Shown: in pieces, positions 36,816 through 45,900 of the stretch
How the letters are laid out: each line of letters begins with the position of its first letter
Numbering within the stretch: the first letter of the stretch is position 1
DNA from: Anaerolineae bacterium
Lineage (GTDB): Bacteria; Chloroflexota; Anaerolineae; B4-G1; SLSP01
Length of the DNA stretch: 59,520 nt
Reading direction: 5' to 3'
Assembly (NCBI GenBank): GCA_034433375.1
Contig: DAOUAQ010000203.1
Span: forward strand, 1 to 59,520
Position numbers and translations under genes: made by a program
The notes under the pieces: model-generated
Databases searched by the model: none
Told to the model about the DNA's origin: nothing
Seen by the model: only the letters and a program-made list of their open reading frames with translations

Positions 36816-37976
36816 TTGGAACAGGCGAAGGATACAAAAAAGGTTTTTTCCTTTAAGACTGTTCTGCGGACAGTCCGTATGCCGCTATTGGCCATCGGCG
36901 CCGCCCTGTTGGCCGGCGCGCTGGTGATGCTCCTATCGGGCGACAATCCGCTGGTTGCCTATTGGGGGTTGTTGCGTGGGGCGGTAGGCAGTCTCTCGGC
37001 CCTCTCGCAAACGATTCGCAAGGCCACCCCGTTTATTTTGACCGGGCTTTCGGTGGCTTTCGCGTTCAAAGCGGGCCTGTTTAACATCGGCGCTTCTGGA
37101 CAGTTTTTGATGGGCACGATCTTTTCGGTCGCCGTGGGGGTCAGCTTCGCGGGGCTCCCGATGGTGATTCACATGCCGCTGGCGCTGCTGGCCGGGATTC
37201 TCGGCGGCGCGCTGTGGGGCGCGCTTGCCGGCTGGCTGAAGGTCTGGAAAGGGGCGCACGAAGTCATCACGACGATCATGCTCAACTATATCGCCTCGCT
37301 GTTTGCCAGTTGGACGGTGTACGCCGGCGGCATCGCCGGGCAGAAGCCGGGGCCGCTTTCCGATCCGGTGGGGGCGGCGCGCGCGATTTCCCAGACGCGG
37401 GATGTGTTCGAGAGTGCGCGCATTCCGCAAATGCTGCCGGCCATTCTCGACCGGGTGCATTGGGGCATTATCCTGGCCCTGTTGATGGCAGTGCTGGCCT
37501 GGTGGGTGCTGTGGAAGACCACCCTGGGCTTCGAGATTCGCACGGTTGGTCAGAACCCGCACGCCGCGCATTACGCCGGTATCCGGGTGGGCCGCACCAT
37601 GGCGTTGTCGATGGCGATTGCCGGCGGTCTGGCCGGTCTGGCCGGCGCGGTGGAGACGCTGGGCCTCAACTACAAGTTTGCGCCGGAGTTCACCGGCGGC
37701 GTCGGCTTCGAGGGCATCACCATCGCCTTGCTGGGGCAGACCCATCCGTTGGGCGTCGTCTTATCCTCGTTTTTGATGGGCGGGTTGAATGCCGGTTCGG
37801 CGAAGATGCAGTTCGACTCTGGCGTTGACAAGCAGATCATCCAGGTCGTGCAGGCGCTGGTGCTGGCGTTTGTGGCGGCGCCGGAGATCATCCGCACCCT
37901 GTTCCGGCTGCGCAAGCCAACGCCGGAAGAGGAACTGCAACAGGCGACAGCGGCGATGAGCTGGAGCGAGGAGTAG
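36816..37976 (+). CDS. ABC transporter permease (BMP/ribose-type)
   Basis: Polytopic, 386 aa. TTG start after GAGGAGG. Typical ..FNIGASGQFLMG.. segment. Confidence 0.85.
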   Translation: MEQAKDTKKVFSFKTVLRTVRMPLLAIGAALLAGALVMLLSGDNPLVAYWGLLRGAVGSLSALSQTIRKATPFILTGLSVAFAFKAGLFNIGASGQFLMGTIFSVAVGVSFAGLPMVIHMPLALLAGILGGALWGALAGWLKVWKGAHEVITTIMLNYIASLFASWTVYAGGIAGQKPGPLSDPVGAARAISQTRDVFESARIPQMLPAILDRVHWGIILALLMAVLAWWVLWKTTLGFEIRTVGQNPHAAHYAGIRVGRTMALSMAIAGGLAGLAGAVETLGLNYKFAPEFTGGVGFEGITIALLGQTHPLGVVLSSFLMGGLNAGSAKMQFDSGVDKQIIQVVQALVLAFVAAPEIIRTLFRLRKPTPEEELQQATAAMSWSEE

Positions 37977-37985
37977 GAGGGCGCG

Positions 37986-39053
37986 ATGAGCGACACAAAA
38001 AACAAAAACAATGGAAACGGCCTTTCTGTGTTAACGCGCCTGACCGCCCGCTGGAGTTGGATTGCCATCATCGTGCTCTTCACCCTGGCCGTGCTGGTGG
38101 ATCGGACCGCATTGGGACAAACGTGGCTGCGGGTGCTCTTTGGGAAGAGCGCGCTCAACTTCGCGCTGCGGGCCGCTGTTCCACTGACGCTGGGCGCGTT
38201 GAGCGGCGTGATCTGTGAACGTTCGGGCATCATCAACATCGGCATCGAAGGAATGATGCTGGCCGGCGCGTTCGGCGCTTTTGTGGTGAAGGTGAAAACC
38301 GGCGCTTTTCCCCTGCCGCTGAGTCTTTTCCTGGCGACGGTGACGGCGCTGCTGGTCGGCGGCGCTATGGCCTACATTCACGCTCTGTTGAGCATCCGTT
38401 ACAAAGTGAACCAGATCATCAGCGGCACGGTCATCATCACCCTGGCGACCGGACTGACGACGTACTTCTTCAACCCCGATTGGATTAGCAAAGGCAAGTT
38501 CGGCAACATTTCGATTCCGCTGCTTGCCAAAATCCCCGTCCTGGGTGAAGTGCTCTTCTCGAATGGACTGATTACGTATCTGGCGTTGATCTTCGTGATC
38601 CTGCTGCAAGTGTTGTTATTCCACAGCAAATGGGGACTGCGCACGCGGGCCATCGGCGAACATCCGCGCGCGGCCGACACGGTGGGCATCAACGTCAACA
38701 AAATGCGCTATTACAACACGATTGTCGGTGGGATGCTGGCCGGGCTAGGCGGCGCTTTCCTGGTGCTGGAAGCCGTGGGCCAGTTCAAGGAAGGGATGAC
38801 CGCCGGACGCGGCTTTATCTCGCTGGCGGCGATGATCTTTGGCAACTGGACGCCGGTGGGATCGTTCGGCGCGGCGCTGCTCTTTGGTTATACCCAGGCC
38901 CTACAAAATGAGCTGCTGCTAGCCGGCGTCACCACCGTTCCCCGGCATTTCATCAGTATGCTGCCCTACGTGGTGACGATTGTGGCCGTGACCGGCTTTG
39001 TCGGACGCACGCGCCCGCCGGCCGCCGAGGGGCAGGTCTATGAATCGGAGTAA
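37986..39053 (+). CDS. ABC transporter permease (BMP/ribose-type)
   Basis: Polytopic, 355 aa. ..GIINIGIEGMMLAGAF.. segment. Confidence 0.85.
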   Translation: MSDTKNKNNGNGLSVLTRLTARWSWIAIIVLFTLAVLVDRTALGQTWLRVLFGKSALNFALRAAVPLTLGALSGVICERSGIINIGIEGMMLAGAFGAFVVKVKTGAFPLPLSLFLATVTALLVGGAMAYIHALLSIRYKVNQIISGTVIITLATGLTTYFFNPDWISKGKFGNISIPLLAKIPVLGEVLFSNGLITYLALIFVILLQVLLFHSKWGLRTRAIGEHPRAADTVGINVNKMRYYNTIVGGMLAGLGGAFLVLEAVGQFKEGMTAGRGFISLAAMIFGNWTPVGSFGAALLFGYTQALQNELLLAGVTTVPRHFISMLPYVVTIVAVTGFVGRTRPPAAEGQVYESE

Positions 39054-39057
39054 AGCC

Positions 39058-40578
39058 ATGGACACAGACGTTGTTCTTGAAGCACGGAATATCACCAAAC
39101 AGTTTCCCGGCGTGTTGGCGAACGATCACGTCAGCTTTCAACTGCACCGCGGCGAGATCCTGGCCTTACTCGGCGAGAATGGCGCCGGCAAGAGCACGCT
39201 GATGAATATCATCTACGGGCTGTATCACCAGGATGAAGGCGAGGTGCTCATCCAGGGCGAACCATTCGTGGCTGCCAGCCCGCGCGATGCGATTGTGCGC
39301 GGCGTGGGGATGGTGCATCAGCACTTCCAACTCGTCGAGCCGATGACGGTGACGGAAAATATCATCCTGGGGTCGGAAGTGATGCGCGATAAAGTCTTCC
39401 TCGACATCACCCGCGCGCGCATTCAGGTGGACGATCTTTCGCGCCGCTACGGTCTGGAAGTTGACCCGGATGGCATCATCGAAGATTTGCCTGTCGGCGT
39501 TCAACAGCGCGTGGAAATCATCAAGGCGCTGTACCGCGAGGCGCAAATCCTGATCCTGGATGAGCCGACGGCGGTGCTCACGCCGCAGGAAATCGAAGAC
39601 CTGTTCCGCGTCATGCGGCAGTTGGTGGCGCAGGGGCACTCGATCATCTTCATCACACACAAACTGAAGGAGGTGTTGGCGGTGGCGCATCGTATCGTCG
39701 TGATGCGCGCCGGGAAGGTGGTGGGCGAGGCGCTGCCCGCCTCTTCCACCCAGGGATCGCTGGCTTCGATGATGGTGGGGCGCGAGGTCATCCTCAAAGT
39801 CCCCAAAGAACCGGCCAACCCCGGCGACGTGGTGCTGGATGTGCAAAACCTGCGCGTGCGCGACGAGCGCGGCGCGCAGGCCGTCAAGGCGCTGACGTTC
39901 CAGGTGCGCGCGGGAGAAATCCTCGGTGTGGCGGGTGTGCAGGGCAACGGTCAGACGGAGCTGGTGGAAGCCGTCACCGGCCTGCGCCTGGCGGAGGAAG
40001 GGCGTATGACCCTGAAAGGCCATGACGTATCCCGCGGGCACCCCCGGCACTTTACCGAGCGCGGATCGGCGCACATCCCCGAAAACCGCCACCGTTATGG
40101 CATGGTCGAACCCTATCCGGTCAGCGAGAATCTGGTGCTGAACCGCTACTACGCGCCGCCGTTTGCGCGCGGCTGGGTGCGCGATTACCCGGCGATTGAC
40201 AAGAATGCCACGCGCCTGGTTGAATTGTTCGACGTGCGCACGGCGAGCATTGAGACGCCGGGCGGCAATCTCTCCGGCGGCAACCAGCAGAAGATGGTCG
40301 TGGCGCGCGAGCTAGGGCGCGAGATCGCGTTACTCGTCGCGGCGCAGCCCACGCGCGGTGTAGACGTAGGCTCCATTGAGTTCATCCACGGTCAGATCGT
40401 GAAGCAGCGCGACGCCGGCGTGGCCGTGTTGCTGGTCTCTTCGGAGTTGGACGAGATCATGGCGTTGGCGGATCGCATCATCGTGATGTATAAAGGCGAG
40501 ATCATCGGCGAGGTGAACGCGGCGACCGCCACCCGCGAGCAGTTGGGCTTGCTGATGGCTGGTGTGCGACCAGAGTAG
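39058..40578 (+). CDS. ABC transporter ATP-binding protein, duplicated-cassette (RbsA-like)
   Basis: Walker A GENGAGKST, then LILDEPTAVL. Second cassette has LSGGNQQK and a degenerate Walker A. ATG at 39058 follows GGAG. The track start at 38998 overlaps the permease gene. Confidence 0.9.
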   Translation: MDTDVVLEARNITKQFPGVLANDHVSFQLHRGEILALLGENGAGKSTLMNIIYGLYHQDEGEVLIQGEPFVAASPRDAIVRGVGMVHQHFQLVEPMTVTENIILGSEVMRDKVFLDITRARIQVDDLSRRYGLEVDPDGIIEDLPVGVQQRVEIIKALYREAQILILDEPTAVLTPQEIEDLFRVMRQLVAQGHSIIFITHKLKEVLAVAHRIVVMRAGKVVGEALPASSTQGSLASMMVGREVILKVPKEPANPGDVVLDVQNLRVRDERGAQAVKALTFQVRAGEILGVAGVQGNGQTELVEAVTGLRLAEEGRMTLKGHDVSRGHPRHFTERGSAHIPENRHRYGMVEPYPVSENLVLNRYYAPPFARGWVRDYPAIDKNATRLVELFDVRTASIETPGGNLSGGNQQKMVVARELGREIALLVAAQPTRGVDVGSIEFIHGQIVKQRDAGVAVLLVSSELDEIMALADRIIVMYKGEIIGEVNAATATREQLGLLMAGVRPE

Positions 40579-40624
40579 CTTTATAGACCTGTCAGGTCTG
40601 GAGAAAAGGTGCAACAATCCGAGG

Positions 40625-40660
40625 CGGGGTGGTTCTCACGAATCACCCCGTTTTCTTGTT
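40625..40660 (+). terminator. Rho-independent terminator after the ABC operon
   Basis: CGGGGTG / CACCCCG stem, 12-nt loop, then TTTTCTTGTTT. Confidence 0.7.
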
Positions 40661-40705
40661 TCGACGCGTTGTTGTACGCGGGACTTTTATAGTCTTCCCT
40701 TCATG

Positions 40706-40740
40706 ATGGATGTGGTGTATAATACAAGAAATACATCCAT
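40706..40740 (+). promoter_or_regulatory. Candidate vapBC promoter with flanking 8-bp inverted repeat (operator)
   Basis: ATGGATGT (40706..40713) and ACATCCAT (40733..40740) bracket TATAAT (40718..40723). The -35 is weak. Confidence 0.45.
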
Positions 40741-40761
40741 ATTATTGAGGTGGATAAAAAG

Positions 40762-41034
40762 ATGAGCGAAGATGTGCGCCGTATTAATGTGATTTTTCCT
40801 CGCCAGTTGCTCGCCGAGTTGGATGCGTTGGTCCCTTCTGGCAAACGCAGTGAAGTCGTTGTTGAAGCTACGGCGTCGTACCTGGCGCGTCTCAAAGTCC
40901 TGGCCGCATTGCGCGAGACCGCCGGCGTCTGGGAATCCGCCGATCATCCCGATTTGATCACGCCTGAGGAGGTGAACGGCTGGTTGGAACAGTTACGTTC
41001 GACCTGGCGGCGCGTACCTCTCTTTGCGGAGTAG
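40762..41034 (+). CDS. vapB: Ribbon-helix-helix (CopG/VapB-type) antitoxin
   Basis: MSEDVRRINVIFPRQLLAELDALV is an RHH N-terminus. The stop lies 3 nt before the PIN gene ATG. Confidence 0.65.
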   Translation: MSEDVRRINVIFPRQLLAELDALVPSGKRSEVVVEATASYLARLKVLAALRETAGVWESADHPDLITPEEVNGWLEQLRSTWRRVPLFAE

Positions 41035-41037
41035 GTG

Positions 41038-41457
41038 ATGACTGATTACCTGCTGGACTCCAACGTCCTCATTCAACACCTGCGTGGTCATCAGCCTACC
41101 ACGGCCTTGCTGTCGCGCCTGGCCCTGGAAGGGCAGTTGGGCGTTGCCGCCATCTCGCGCACAGAGGTTTTGGCTGGGATGCGCGAACGCGAACGTGGGG
41201 CTACGTTGCGCTTTCTCAATGCGCTGGCCTGTTACGCCGTGGACAGGCCCGTCGCCGATCTGGCCGGTGAATGGCTGCGACGTTATCGTCAACAGGGTGT
41301 GACCCTGGACATCGCCGATGCGCTCATTGCTGCGGTTGCGCGCCATTACGATTTGACTTTGCTGACTTACAACCCCCGCCATTTCCCTATGCCAGAGTTG
41401 AGGCGGTATCACGAGATGCCAGACTTGTTCGTATCCTATCAAGGTGGCAGTGGATAG
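41038..41457 (+). CDS. vapC: PIN-domain toxin, VapC type
   Basis: YLLDSNVLIQHL (first acidic residue), ISRTEVL, DIADALIAAVA, LLTYNPRHF. Confidence 0.8.
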   Translation: MTDYLLDSNVLIQHLRGHQPTTALLSRLALEGQLGVAAISRTEVLAGMRERERGATLRFLNALACYAVDRPVADLAGEWLRRYRQQGVTLDIADALIAAVARHYDLTLLTYNPRHFPMPELRRYHEMPDLFVSYQGGSG

Positions 41458-41466
41458 AGATAGTGC

Positions 41467-42870
41467 ATGATGACAACAACTTCACCAGATACCTGGCCCC
41501 CTGATTTTGTCAAGCGTATGCGCGCCTGGTTGGGTGCAGATGCGGATGCGTTCTTTACCGCGCTGGCAAAGCGCGATGTAGGATTGCGGCTCAATCCCGC
41601 GCGCGGCACGCCGGACGACCTGCGCGCGCGCATCCCATGGGAGACGCAGCCGATTCCCTGGTGTCCGGAGGGCATGTGGTTGCAAGAGGAAGCGCAGGCC
41701 GGCGCGCATCTCTATCACACCCTCGGCGTCTATTACATGCAAGACCCTAGCGCGATGGCCGCCGGCGTCCTGCTCAATCCTTATCCCGGCGAATGGGTGC
41801 TCGATCTCGCCGCTGCGCCTGGCGGCAAGACGACGCATATCGCCGCGCGGATGCGGGGTGAAGGCGACCGTGCAGACACGGGCGTCCTCGTCGCCAACGA
41901 AGTCGTCCGCCGCCGCGCGACGGTGCTGGCGATGAACGTGGAGCGGATGGGCGTCGCCAACGCGCTGGTCATCAACGAGACGCCGGAGCGGCTGGCAGCG
42001 CGCTGGCCTAGCCTCTTCGACGCGGTGCTGGTGGATGCGCCGTGCTCTGGCGAGGGCACCTTTTCCCGCGATTCGCAGGCCATCCGCGATTGGAGCCTGG
42101 ACACGGTGTTCGGCAACGCGCGCCGCCAGAAGCAAATCCTCGACCAGACCGCGCCGTTGGTGCGGCGCGGTGGGCGGCTGCTGTATGGGACATGTACCTT
42201 CGCGCCGGAGGAGAACGAAGGCGTCATCGCCGATTTCCTGACGCGCCATCCTGACTTTGACATCGCGGATTTGCCACAGGTTCCGGGCCTGCATCCGGGA
42301 CGTCCCGAATGGGTGGGCGCGCCGGATGATCTGCGGCGCGCCGGGCGTTTCTGGCCGCACACCGGGCCGGGACACGGCCACTTCTACGCGCTGCTCCATC
42401 GCCAGGGTGAACCGCCCAACGACCTCCCGGAACGCTGGACGGGTAGCCTCGTTCCCGGTCGCGTATGGAATCTCTACCAAAAAACCATTGGCGAGACGTT
42501 GACCGCGCCGGTTTCTGCTGAAGGACTGCTGCTGACCAAAACTGACGACCTTTACATCACCCCGCTGGACCCCAAACTATGGGAGGGCTTGCACGTGCTG
42601 CGCCCCGGCTGGTGGGTGGCCTCGCTGCGGCACAACAAAGTCTGGCCCGATCACGCCCTGGCGACGGCGTTGCGCCCGGAGGACGTGCGGAATGTCGTTG
42701 ATCTGGCGCTGGATGATCCGCGTTTGGAGAACTATCTGCGGGGCGGCTTTTGGCCTGATGATGGGGTGGGCGACTACGTTTTGGTCACCGTCGCGGGTTT
42801 TCCGGTGGGCTGGGCCAAGCGCGGCGATGGACGCTTGCGCAGCCGTTATCCCGTCCACCTACGCGGTTAG
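41467..42870 (+). CDS. NOL1/NOP2/Sun-family rRNA (cytosine-C5) methyltransferase, RsmF/RsmB-like
   Basis: SAM motif DLAAAPGGKTTHIA and catalytic DAPCSGEGTF and YGTCTF. Confidence 0.8.
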   Translation: MMTTTSPDTWPPDFVKRMRAWLGADADAFFTALAKRDVGLRLNPARGTPDDLRARIPWETQPIPWCPEGMWLQEEAQAGAHLYHTLGVYYMQDPSAMAAGVLLNPYPGEWVLDLAAAPGGKTTHIAARMRGEGDRADTGVLVANEVVRRRATVLAMNVERMGVANALVINETPERLAARWPSLFDAVLVDAPCSGEGTFSRDSQAIRDWSLDTVFGNARRQKQILDQTAPLVRRGGRLLYGTCTFAPEENEGVIADFLTRHPDFDIADLPQVPGLHPGRPEWVGAPDDLRRAGRFWPHTGPGHGHFYALLHRQGEPPNDLPERWTGSLVPGRVWNLYQKTIGETLTAPVSAEGLLLTKTDDLYITPLDPKLWEGLHVLRPGWWVASLRHNKVWPDHALATALRPEDVRNVVDLALDDPRLENYLRGGFWPDDGVGDYVLVTVAGFPVGWAKRGDGRLRSRYPVHLRG

Positions 42871-42938
42871 AATTTGCTTAAAAACGGGTGTAGTGGCACA
42901 ATTGACTTGAATGAGAGCGGCTTGAAGGAAAGCAGCGC

Positions 42939-45900
42939 ATGACAGACAATTCGACGATGTTCTACACCTCAAGCATCTATATTCCTGAAGACCGCCGCCA
43001 GGCCATCGCGCGTGGAGAAACGTTGCCTGACCGGACGTCGGGCGCAGCCTTGTTTGCGGACATCTCCGGTTTTACGCCGTTGACCGAAGCCCTCACCCGT
43101 ATCTACGGCCCCAAGCGTGGGGCAGAAGAACTTACCCGCCAACTCAACCGCGTGTATAACGCTCTGATTGCCGAGGTGGATCGCCATAAGGGCAGCGTGA
43201 TCGGCTTTGCCGGTGATGCCATTACGTGCTGGTTTACCGAGGATGACGGCGTCTCCGGTCTGGCGACGTTGCGCGCTGCCGGCTGCGCCTTCGCCATGCA
43301 GGCTGCGATGCAGGCGTTCAAAAGCGTGATGCTCCCTGCCGGGGAAACTGTCTCGCTGGCGATGAAAACGTCTATTGCCACCGGCGCGGCGCGGCGCTTC
43401 CTCGTCGGCGACCCTGACATTCAATTGATTGACGCGCTCGCGGGCGAGACGTTGGCGCGTATGGCCGCCGCCGAACATTATGCCGGGCGCGGTGAGGTCC
43501 TCGTGGATGTCCACACCGCGATGGTTTTGGGGAACAGGGTGCGCATCCGGGAGTGGCGGCCTCCCGTTACAGAAGAGGATGCAACCGAGGAATGTTTTGC
43601 GGTCATTGAGTGTGTGGATGGGGCACTGGACGACGCGACGGCTTTCGACGCGCCACCGCCGCCGCTGTTGCCTCCGGCTATTGTCCGACCCTGGCTGCTC
43701 CCGCCGGTCTACGCGAGCCTGCAAGAAGGCGTGGGGGAAGCCCTCGAAATGCGCCGCGGTGTGGTGGCGATTTTCCTCTGCTTCCAGGGCATTGATTACG
43801 ACCACGACGAGCAGGCCGGTGACAAGCTGGATCGTTACATCCGTTGGGTGCAAGGCGTGATGCGCCAGTACGATGGCGCGTTGCTGCAACTCATCATCGG
43901 CGACAAGGGCAACTACCTCTACGGCGCTTTTGGCGCGCCGATTGCCCACGAGAACGATCCCCAACGCGCCGTAAGCGCGGCGTTGGAACTGCTCAGCCCG
44001 CCCGCCGCTCTCGAATTCGTCGGGCCGATCCAGATTGGCGTGGGGCAGGGGACGATGCGTACCGGCGCTTACGGCGGCGTCACCCGCTGCACCTACGGCG
44101 TCATCGGCGACGCGGTTAACCTGTCGGCGCGCCTGATGCAGAACGCCGCGCCTGGCCAGGCTTTGGTCGCCAAACACGTGCAAGAAGCGGCCGCGCAAGA
44201 CTTCCGTTGGGAAGTGCTACCGCCGATCACCGTCAAAGGCAAAGCGCAGCCGGTGCCGGTGGCGCGCCCGATTCGCAAAGCGCAGCGCGCGCGCGTCGCC
44301 ACGCACAACGGCGCACTGGTAGGCCGTGAGACGGAGTTGGCGGAACTGCGCGCGGCGCTGCAGCCGATTTTTGCGGGGCGCTTCGGCGGCATAGCGTATG
44401 TGTACGGTGAGGCCGGGGTGGGTAAGAGCCACCTTATTTTCGAGCTGCGCGTCCGTTTGATGCAGAACAACAGTTTCTCGTGGTTTACCTGTCCCGCCGA
44501 ACCCATCCTGCGGCAATCGCTCAATCCGTTCAAGTACTTCCTGCGGCAATACTTCAGCCAAAACACCGAAAACTCCGAGGAAACCAACAAGGTCAACTTC
44601 AGAGAGGTGCTCCAGGGCCTTTTCAGCGGTCTTGAGCAGTCCAGTTTGCCCGGAGCGGCTGCGCTGGCAGCGGAATTGAAGCGCACGCAATCTGTATTGG
44701 GCGCGTTGGTGGATTTGCGCTGGGCGGATTCCCTCTACGAGCAATTGGAACCGGAACTGCGCTTCAGAAATACCCTCACAGCTTTCAAAACGTTGCTCCA
44801 GGCGGAGAGTTTGCGGCAGCCGGTGATTTTGCACGTTGAGGACGCTAACTGGCTGGATGATGATTCGCAAGAACTGCTTGGCGCCCTCACGCACAACGTC
44901 GCTGATTACCCGTTTGTCCTGTTGCTCAGTGGGCGCTACCGCGACGACGGCAGCCGCTTTCGCATTCAAGCGCCTTCCGCTATTCCTGAACATGCTATCA
45001 ATTTGAATGTCCTATCGGCGGAAGACATCCATACGCTGGTAGCGCAGATGTTGGGCGCCGAGATTTCGCCGGCGCTTGCGGCGTTCATCGCCGAAAAGAC
45101 AGAAGGCAACCCGCTCTTCGCCGAGCAACTGGCGCTGGACCTGCGCGAGCGCGAACTTATCCAGCAGCGCGATGGCGTGTGGGCCATCGTCAGCCGCGAA
45201 GTTGACACGATTCCCGCCACGATCAACGCGGTGCTCATTGCCCGTCTTGACCGGCTGGCGGCGCAAGTCAAGGCCGTGGTGCAGACTGCCGCCGTCCTGG
45301 GGCGTGAATTCGAGATCCAAATTCTGTCGCGGATGCTGCGCGACGATGCCGATTTGCCTTACAAGATGCAGCGGGCCGAAGAGGAGCTGATCTGGCAGGC
45401 GATATCGGCGATGCACTACATCTTCCGCCACACGATGATGCGCGACGCCGCCTATGATATGCAGCTCCAGGCCCGGTTGCGCGACTTGCACGCGCTGGCA
45501 GCGCAGGCGATGGCGCAGGTTTATACTGCCGAGTTGGAACCGCATTATGCCGATCTGGCCTATCACTACGGTAAAGCCGAAAATGTCCAGCAAGAATTTC
45601 ATTATGCGAAGCTGGCCGGCGAGTATGCCGCGTCGCGCTATGCCAACCAGGAAGCCATCGAACATTACCATCAGGCGCTGCGCAGCCTGTCTTACCTTGA
45701 CTCCGCTGAGAGTTTGGCGCAGCGTCAGGATATATTCACAATGCTCGCTAAATTGCAGATCACCATCGGGCAATACGAGCAAGCGCACGAACACCTCGAA
45801 AAGGCTCTGGCTCTCTCTGCTCAACGGGAGGATGGCAAAGGACAAGTTCACGCGTGTCGGTGGATGGCGCAGATGCACGAATTGCAGGGCGAATACGACG

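Noticed and set aside
40585-40599. AGACCTG-T-CAGGTCT considered as a terminator hairpin after the ABC ATPase gene.
   Set aside because: A 1-nt loop is impossible, so only a 5-bp stem with a 5-nt loop could form, and there is no U-tract. The real terminator is the hairpin at 40625..40660. The palindrome is retained only as a DNA motif related to 19560..19571.
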